This document shows, one piece after another, positions 58,626-64,000 of a DNA stretch of 64,000 bases. The stretch covers positions 256,001 through 320,000 of the forward strand of contig CAWIGG010000005.1 of the NCBI GenBank assembly GCA_963835575.1, read 5' to 3'. The notes under the pieces were generated by a model. The model saw only the letters and a list, made by a program, of their open reading frames with translations, had not been told where the DNA came from and made no database searches. The translations under genes were made by a program, and so were the position numbers. The DNA is from an uncultured Spirochaetota bacterium (GTDB lineage Bacteria; Spirochaetota; Brevinematia; Brevinematales; JAOACQ01). Within the stretch, counting starts at the first letter, position 1. Each line of letters starts with the position of its first letter.

Positions 58626-60432
58626 AAACCTGCAGGTATACACCGGCAATAAACCGGCGGAACCCATACTGCAGATCGACAATCTGACGCTCCATGACGG
58701 CGAGATTATTTTCCTGACCGGCGTCAGCGGCGCGGGAAAAACCACTCTGCTGAAAAGCATCCTGAAGAATAACGATAGAAAGCTGTTCCAGACGGGGAAT
58801 ATCACCCTTTCCGGCGGAAATAATACCGTCAGCATCCTGAACGGCGGTATTTCCCGGCTATTCGTCAATCCCGGCGGGACGCCGGCAAAGCATGACAGGG
58901 AACAGGCGCGGCATTTAAAACACTTAAGGGAAATCCGTAAAGAATATTTCTCCTATATTCCCCAGAATTTCTATATTTTTCACAAGCTGGTCCCGCTCTA
59001 CAAACAGCTGATCAGCGAGCCGCTCAAAGGGAACGGGTTTGCGGAAACCATAAAGGAAACACTCAGGCTCATCAAACCCGGCATCAGGAAAGAAGAAATG
59101 GACGAACTTCTGAATAAAACCATGAGAGAGGCCGGCCTGGATTTTCTCTCGAAAAACCACAGGTTCTATGACGATCAAATCCTGAAGGGAAAATTTCAGG
59201 ATGAGTTCTCCGTCGGTCAGGTCCAGAGGTTTTTCCTTTCCAAAATAATGAAAAAAAAGAAAACCATCATTCTGGTGGATGAATTTATCAGGAATATCGA
59301 TCCGGAAACCGCCGATAAAATTCTCCAGACCCTGTTCGGCAAAATCAAGACCGGGGAATTCTCCGCCGGCCTCATTGTCGCGCATGATTTGAACTACAGC
59401 AGCATCCTGGAGCTGGCCGAAACGAAAGAAGTCTCCTCAAAAGTGGTTATTATCGAAAAAGAGAATAATACGGGAAGGATCGCGGACCAGGTTTCTTTAA
59501 AAGATTTCCGGGACAGCCGGCTTTCGTCCGGTCCGGAGCGGTTTAAGGCCGTGACCCGTAAATTCAGCCGGATCCATTTCGAAGACCCCAGAATCGATAT
59601 TGAAACCCGGCCGGACCTGGATTTGAAAAAACAGAACAACCAAAAAGTGCTGGAATTTAACCGGGTCAGCTTTCAGTATGATAATCAAATCTTTTTTGAA
59701 AACCTGGATTTTAATCTGCTGAACAACGAATTTGTCTACCTGGAAGGGACGTCCGGCAGCGGAAAATCCACGTTCCTGAAACTTTTGATCGGCGGGGAGA
59801 TCATCAAGAGCGGGGAAATAAACTATTACGGGCATGACCGGAAAAAGATCACCTACAGTTCAAACAGCGGCTATGTTCATAACCGGGTGATCAGTTCCAT
59901 TATCCGGTATGTGCCGCAGCTGGTCAACGAGTCCCTGGGAACATACAGGATGAATGTTGAAAATTATCTGAAGGAAATTTATACTTATTATAGAAACAGC
60001 ATCTACGGGCATGGGAAATACCCCGAGCTGGACAATATCGGCGATTTTATCATCAAGAACCTGGAATATGTGAAGCTGGGCGGGGAATTCCTGAAAAAAA
60101 ACATAATCGATCTGAGCGGCGGGGAAAAACAGCGCCTGGCCATTGCCCGTCTTTTATATTATCCGGAAAAGCTGCCTCCCAGGCTCTTTATTTTTGACGA
60201 GGCGCTGACATCGCTGGACATTAATTTAAAAAAAGAGCTGCTGGAGTTCATCATCGAGAAAATCTATTTTGAAAAGAAAGTGAGCATTTTGATGATTTCC
60301 CACGAGAAAAAACTGAGGGGCGTCATTGAAAAAACCATTGAGGAAAGAAACGGGGTTTTCCGGTCTTACAGGATTGAAACCGGCCGGAACGGTCAGCGCT
60401 CCATGGCCGGCAAAGCGGACAGTAAATTTTAA
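58609..60432 (+). CDS. double ABC ATPase (OppD-OppF-like fusion)
   Basis: GVSGAGKTT / FSVGQ / LVDE and GTSGSGKST / LSGGEKQR / IFDE. Confidence 0.9.
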   Translation: MNLNIENLQVYTGNKPAEPILQIDNLTLHDGEIIFLTGVSGAGKTTLLKSILKNNDRKLFQTGNITLSGGNNTVSILNGGISRLFVNPGGTPAKHDREQARHLKHLREIRKEYFSYIPQNFYIFHKLVPLYKQLISEPLKGNGFAETIKETLRLIKPGIRKEEMDELLNKTMREAGLDFLSKNHRFYDDQILKGKFQDEFSVGQVQRFFLSKIMKKKKTIILVDEFIRNIDPETADKILQTLFGKIKTGEFSAGLIVAHDLNYSSILELAETKEVSSKVVIIEKENNTGRIADQVSLKDFRDSRLSSGPERFKAVTRKFSRIHFEDPRIDIETRPDLDLKKQNNQKVLEFNRVSFQYDNQIFFENLDFNLLNNEFVYLEGTSGSGKSTFLKLLIGGEIIKSGEINYYGHDRKKITYSSNSGYVHNRVISSIIRYVPQLVNESLGTYRMNVENYLKEIYTYYRNSIYGHGKYPELDNIGDFIIKNLEYVKLGGEFLKKNIIDLSGGEKQRLAIARLLYYPEKLPPRLFIFDEALTSLDINLKKELLEFIIEKIYFEKKVSILMISHEKKLRGVIEKTIEERNGVFRSYRIETGRNGQRSMAGKADSKF

Positions 60433-60450
60433 ATAATAAAGGAGGTCGTT

Positions 60451-61599
60451 ATGCGGCATTATATATTATTAACGGCAATCTCTCTCATCCTGGTCCAGGT
60501 CGCGGCGGGGTATTCGGAAGAAACCCGGTGGACAAACGCGGGCGTCAAGCTCTTGAACAGGGAATCTTATTCGGTAATTCAATTTTCAGAAAATTTCGTT
60601 CCGGTATCGACGAACTCGAACAGCACTTCCTCTTCCGGTTCCAGCGCATCTTCCAAAGGCAAACCGGCAGTGATCAGCGCTTCCGGCGCCGGCTTCAAAT
60701 GCTACCTTCTGCCGGCCGAATCCCTCGATAAATTCAGGGATATGTCCGGATTTGACATCATGGCGCCCTACACCAGGCGGATCATCTCCATTTTCGACAC
60801 GACCATATACAACGAGAAAAAGATGCTCTCTCTCATTGCTTTATCCAATGCGCTTCTTACCACTAATTCGCTGCCGGCTAACGGTTTCTTTTCTCCGGTT
60901 AACTACTATAAATACGTCACTATAGAAACCAACCTGGGCTCTTCAAACCTGATCGTGACGAATTTCAAAAAAATAGGCACAAACGAAGCGGTTCCGGCCA
61001 TCATAACGAACAAGTTCGTTGTCACCAATATCGGCCCCAATTACAGCAAAAGAAAAGTTTATATCACGGTAAAGGATTTCGGGCCGGACTACAAGAAAAG
61101 CTCCAAAACCATGGAAGAAATCAAGACCATCCTGGAAAAAAAATATGCCGACCTGATAGATAACAAGAACTTCTGCTACAAGGTCTTTGAGGATTCCAGG
61201 AAATTGTATAATGAAAAATACTACGAGATCGGAAACGATACGATGCAGTATTTGATCGACAATATACAGGCCGGCGTCAACGACAGTTATAATAAAAATA
61301 ACGACAATCCGTTCAAAAAAAATAACTGCTACTATTACCTGGGATTGAATAATTTCAAATTATACAACAATACCGGCGGCGCGGAAAGCCTGTCCAACGC
61401 TTTTGTGTCCTTTAAAAAAGCCCTGGCCGCCGACGATTTCGACAGCCAGATGGTGAATTTAAAGTACCAGCAGTTTTCGGAAATAATGATGTCTATCATC
61501 ACAAATTCATTTGCCGTGACCGACAATTCTTTTGCGGAAACAGGCTGCGGCATCATACTTTTTGACAGGGAGCATTTCGATAACTATGAAGAATTTTAA
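60451..61599 (+). CDS. secreted hypothetical protein with TPR-like C-terminal segment
   Basis: signal peptide, Ser-rich linker, YYYLGLNNF..AFVSFKKAL. Confidence 0.65.
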   Translation: MRHYILLTAISLILVQVAAGYSEETRWTNAGVKLLNRESYSVIQFSENFVPVSTNSNSTSSSGSSASSKGKPAVISASGAGFKCYLLPAESLDKFRDMSGFDIMAPYTRRIISIFDTTIYNEKKMLSLIALSNALLTTNSLPANGFFSPVNYYKYVTIETNLGSSNLIVTNFKKIGTNEAVPAIITNKFVVTNIGPNYSKRKVYITVKDFGPDYKKSSKTMEEIKTILEKKYADLIDNKNFCYKVFEDSRKLYNEKYYEIGNDTMQYLIDNIQAGVNDSYNKNNDNPFKKNNCYYYLGLNNFKLYNNTGGAESLSNAFVSFKKALAADDFDSQMVNLKYQQFSEIMMSIITNSFAVTDNSFAETGCGIILFDREHFDNYEEF

Positions 61600-63955
61600 C
61601 AGGGCAGCCGTTCTCTTCCTGTTTTTCCTATCGGGCTGCCAGAATTTCGTAAAGATCGACTACAGGCCTTATGAAAAGGGCAAGCCCGTCCAGGCCATCA
61701 TCAAAAACAGCCACCAGGGTGCGGTCACCTGCCTGGCGGTGACGACCGATTCCCGGTTCATCATCTCCGGCTCTTTTGACAAAACGGTAAAAATCTGGCT
61801 GACCGACGGGACTTTTGTCAAATCCATCAGCACCGGCTCCCTGGTGAACGCCGTCGCGTTCAATCCGAACGGCAATACCATCATCGCAGGCCTGGCCGAC
61901 AAAACGATCCAGATCTGGACCCTGGACGGGGTGAAACTCAGGACCTGCACGGGGCACAACGCGGAAATCACGTCCCTGGCTGTTGCGCCGGACGGGAGCT
62001 TCTTCGTCTCCGCCTCGAAAGACAAAACCGTCAAAGTCTGGGACCCCAGCGGCAATCTGGCGAACAACATCCAGGCGCATGACGACGTTGTCAGCGCAGT
62101 CAAAGCAAGCTCCTCGATCCCTTTCCTCAATGAGATCGTGTCCGCCTCATGGGATGGGACGATCAAGGTCTGGTCCGCCATCGGGGATTTTCTGCTCCTG
62201 ACCATCAAGGACGATGACCAGCAGGGAAATTTTGTGGAATCCATTGCCGTCAGCCGGGACGGGCAGTACATCGCCGCCGGTTATTCCGACGGTAGTATCA
62301 AACTCTGGTCCCGGTCCGGGACATTGATCAAAAAACTCGTCGGGCATACCGATTACGTCAAAAGCCTGGCGATCACGAAAGACAACCGGACGGTCATTTC
62401 CGGCTCCGCCGATAACTCCATCATCATCTGGAACACGAACGGGAATATCATCAAGACGCTGAAAGAGCACAGAGGCATCGTACGCGACATCCAGCTTGTT
62501 CCCAGCGGGGAAAATTTCGTGTCCGCGTCCTCCGATGATACCATAAAAATCTGGTCTCCCAACGGCACTCTTCTGAAGACTCTTTCCTTCGGCAGCGCCC
62601 AGGTTTCGGGCATAGCGGCGTCCTCTGACCTCCGGACCTTTTTTACCGCAATGGATGACGGTACCCTCAGACTATGGAACACCGCCGGCGAAACGTTCCG
62701 GACCATACGGGGTTTAAAAAAAATCGTAACGAACATATCCATCACCGCAGACAATAAGATCATCACCGTGAACGAGGATAATATCCTGGACGTCAGAAGC
62801 ATGGGCGGAAGCCTGATCGGCTCCGTCAATCTGAATAAAAATAAAGTGAACTGCTTTACTGTTTCGCCTGTGGATCAGCAGATTTACGCCGGATTATCGG
62901 ATAACAGCATCAAGATCTGGGACATGTCCGGCAATCCCGTCAGGACTTTCAAAGCCCATGACAACCAGGTGACCGCTATTGCCGTTACCCCTCACGGCCG
63001 TTTCATCCTCTCCGCGTCAAAGGATAACACCCTGAAAATCTGGAGCCTCGGCGGAAAGGTCAAATTCGTTTACAAAGACCTTACCAACGAGATAAGTTCC
63101 ATCCAGGTTTCGCCGGACAGCAAGTATTTCCTGACGGAATCCTCCGATAAGATCTGCCGTCTGTGGTCCATGAAAGGCGAGATCCTTTGCACCATTGATG
63201 AAGATATTTCCGCCGTCTGCTTTTTGCCGGATCCCGGGTTCCTGGCGGTAAAGGATTCCGACGACAACCTGTCGGTCAGGAACTACAAAGGGGAAACCAT
63301 CACGAATTATACGGACATCGAGGAAATTTCCGAAATGCGGCCGGTCATAACCATGAAAAATGATAAAAAAAGGGGAAGGTATATCGTAGCGAAAAACCAG
63401 GACAATAAAATGGTCATTTTCAACGCCCGGAGCTTCAACTACATCAAGCTTCAGTTCAGCGAAAAATCCTTTTTCTTCCAGGACAATTTCGGGTATTTTG
63501 ACTGTCCCAGGGATATTATCAAGACGACGAAAATAGCGAGAGGCTTTACGCTGTACGATCTGGACCAATATGATAAATTATTCTTCAGAAAAAATGTGTT
63601 CGATTATTTTATGATGAATAAAATCCTGACCAACAGGAGTATTGAAACAGTCATCGATAATCAGTACAGCATCATTATCATCGAACCGGCTGACCGGATT
63701 TCGGTGCACACAAACTCCCTGATGCTGAAATTCACGATTGATAAACCGGATATTAAACTGAAAAATCTCTATGTCAAGGTCAATGCGAGGAAGTATAAAT
63801 TTAAAAAATACAAGCCCCTGGACACTGACCCTGCCGGGACATATCAGATAAAGATCAATCTGAATCATGGAAATAATACCATTTACTGCGGCTATATTGA
63901 CGCTGCCAGTAGACTGGAAATCAAAAGCGAGAAGATCAACATAATTAACAATTGA
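61586..63955 (+). CDS. WD40-repeat lipoprotein with C-terminal Ig-like domain
   Basis: ATG 61586, lipobox LSGC, over ten GH..V..S.S.D.TIKIW repeats, C-terminal IKINLNHGNNTI. Confidence 0.92.
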   Translation: MKNFNRAAVLFLFFLSGCQNFVKIDYRPYEKGKPVQAIIKNSHQGAVTCLAVTTDSRFIISGSFDKTVKIWLTDGTFVKSISTGSLVNAVAFNPNGNTIIAGLADKTIQIWTLDGVKLRTCTGHNAEITSLAVAPDGSFFVSASKDKTVKVWDPSGNLANNIQAHDDVVSAVKASSSIPFLNEIVSASWDGTIKVWSAIGDFLLLTIKDDDQQGNFVESIAVSRDGQYIAAGYSDGSIKLWSRSGTLIKKLVGHTDYVKSLAITKDNRTVISGSADNSIIIWNTNGNIIKTLKEHRGIVRDIQLVPSGENFVSASSDDTIKIWSPNGTLLKTLSFGSAQVSGIAASSDLRTFFTAMDDGTLRLWNTAGETFRTIRGLKKIVTNISITADNKIITVNEDNILDVRSMGGSLIGSVNLNKNKVNCFTVSPVDQQIYAGLSDNSIKIWDMSGNPVRTFKAHDNQVTAIAVTPHGRFILSASKDNTLKIWSLGGKVKFVYKDLTNEISSIQVSPDSKYFLTESSDKICRLWSMKGEILCTIDEDISAVCFLPDPGFLAVKDSDDNLSVRNYKGETITNYTDIEEISEMRPVITMKNDKKRGRYIVAKNQDNKMVIFNARSFNYIKLQFSEKSFFFQDNFGYFDCPRDIIKTTKIARGFTLYDLDQYDKLFFRKNVFDYFMMNKILTNRSIETVIDNQYSIIIIEPADRISVHTNSLMLKFTIDKPDIKLKNLYVKVNARKYKFKKYKPLDTDPAGTYQIKINLNHGNNTIYCGYIDAASRLEIKSEKINIINN

Positions 63956-64000
63956 TCCGGTTCATTTTCCGGCAAATAAAAGCTGTCGTGCGGCCGGGAG

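Noticed and set aside
50509..63868. Numerous long minus-strand ORFs
   Set aside because: Antisense shadows caused by codon bias in the plus-strand operon

Overview
Bacterial chromosomal window. Coiled-coil OmpA/MotB lipoproteins, PilZ genes and Asn/Thr-rich secreted proteins hint at a spirochaete, but this is a weak inference. It has five blocks. (1) 1-11.6 kb: a minus-strand metal/Fe-S cluster (MBL hydrolase, ZIP, CDF, radical SAM, ferritin-like, NifB/NifX, DUF134, Mrp) that includes an unusual spermidine synthase fused to two tandem AdoMetDC-like domains. (2) 11.6-30.3 kb: accessory modules, namely PepSY plus an OmpR/kinase pair (kinase broken by an in-frame stop) with an ABC exporter regulon, a P3A-type H+-ATPase, a GGDEF gene and a mosaic ArsR/ArsP-thioredoxin operon. 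(3) 30.6-37.2 kb: three OmpA/MotB-domain genes, PilZ, a membrane LuxR regulator and a decayed ABC operon. (4) 37.2-48.9 kb: an AT-rich island with an IS21 inserted in a DUF5710 gene and an IS256. It also carries a coupled four-gene operon (Panacea/wHTH-like, membrane protein, PD-(D/E)XK nuclease, TGT-like Zn protein), the best candidate for an undescribed defence or nucleic-acid-modifying system, followed by a ~235-nt nested inverted-repeat element. (5) 49.3-64 kb: an eight-gene operon with a very divergent Opp/Dpp-like ABC transporter among large secreted proteins and a WD40 lipoprotein. All family calls come from motif reading by eye; no searches were run.
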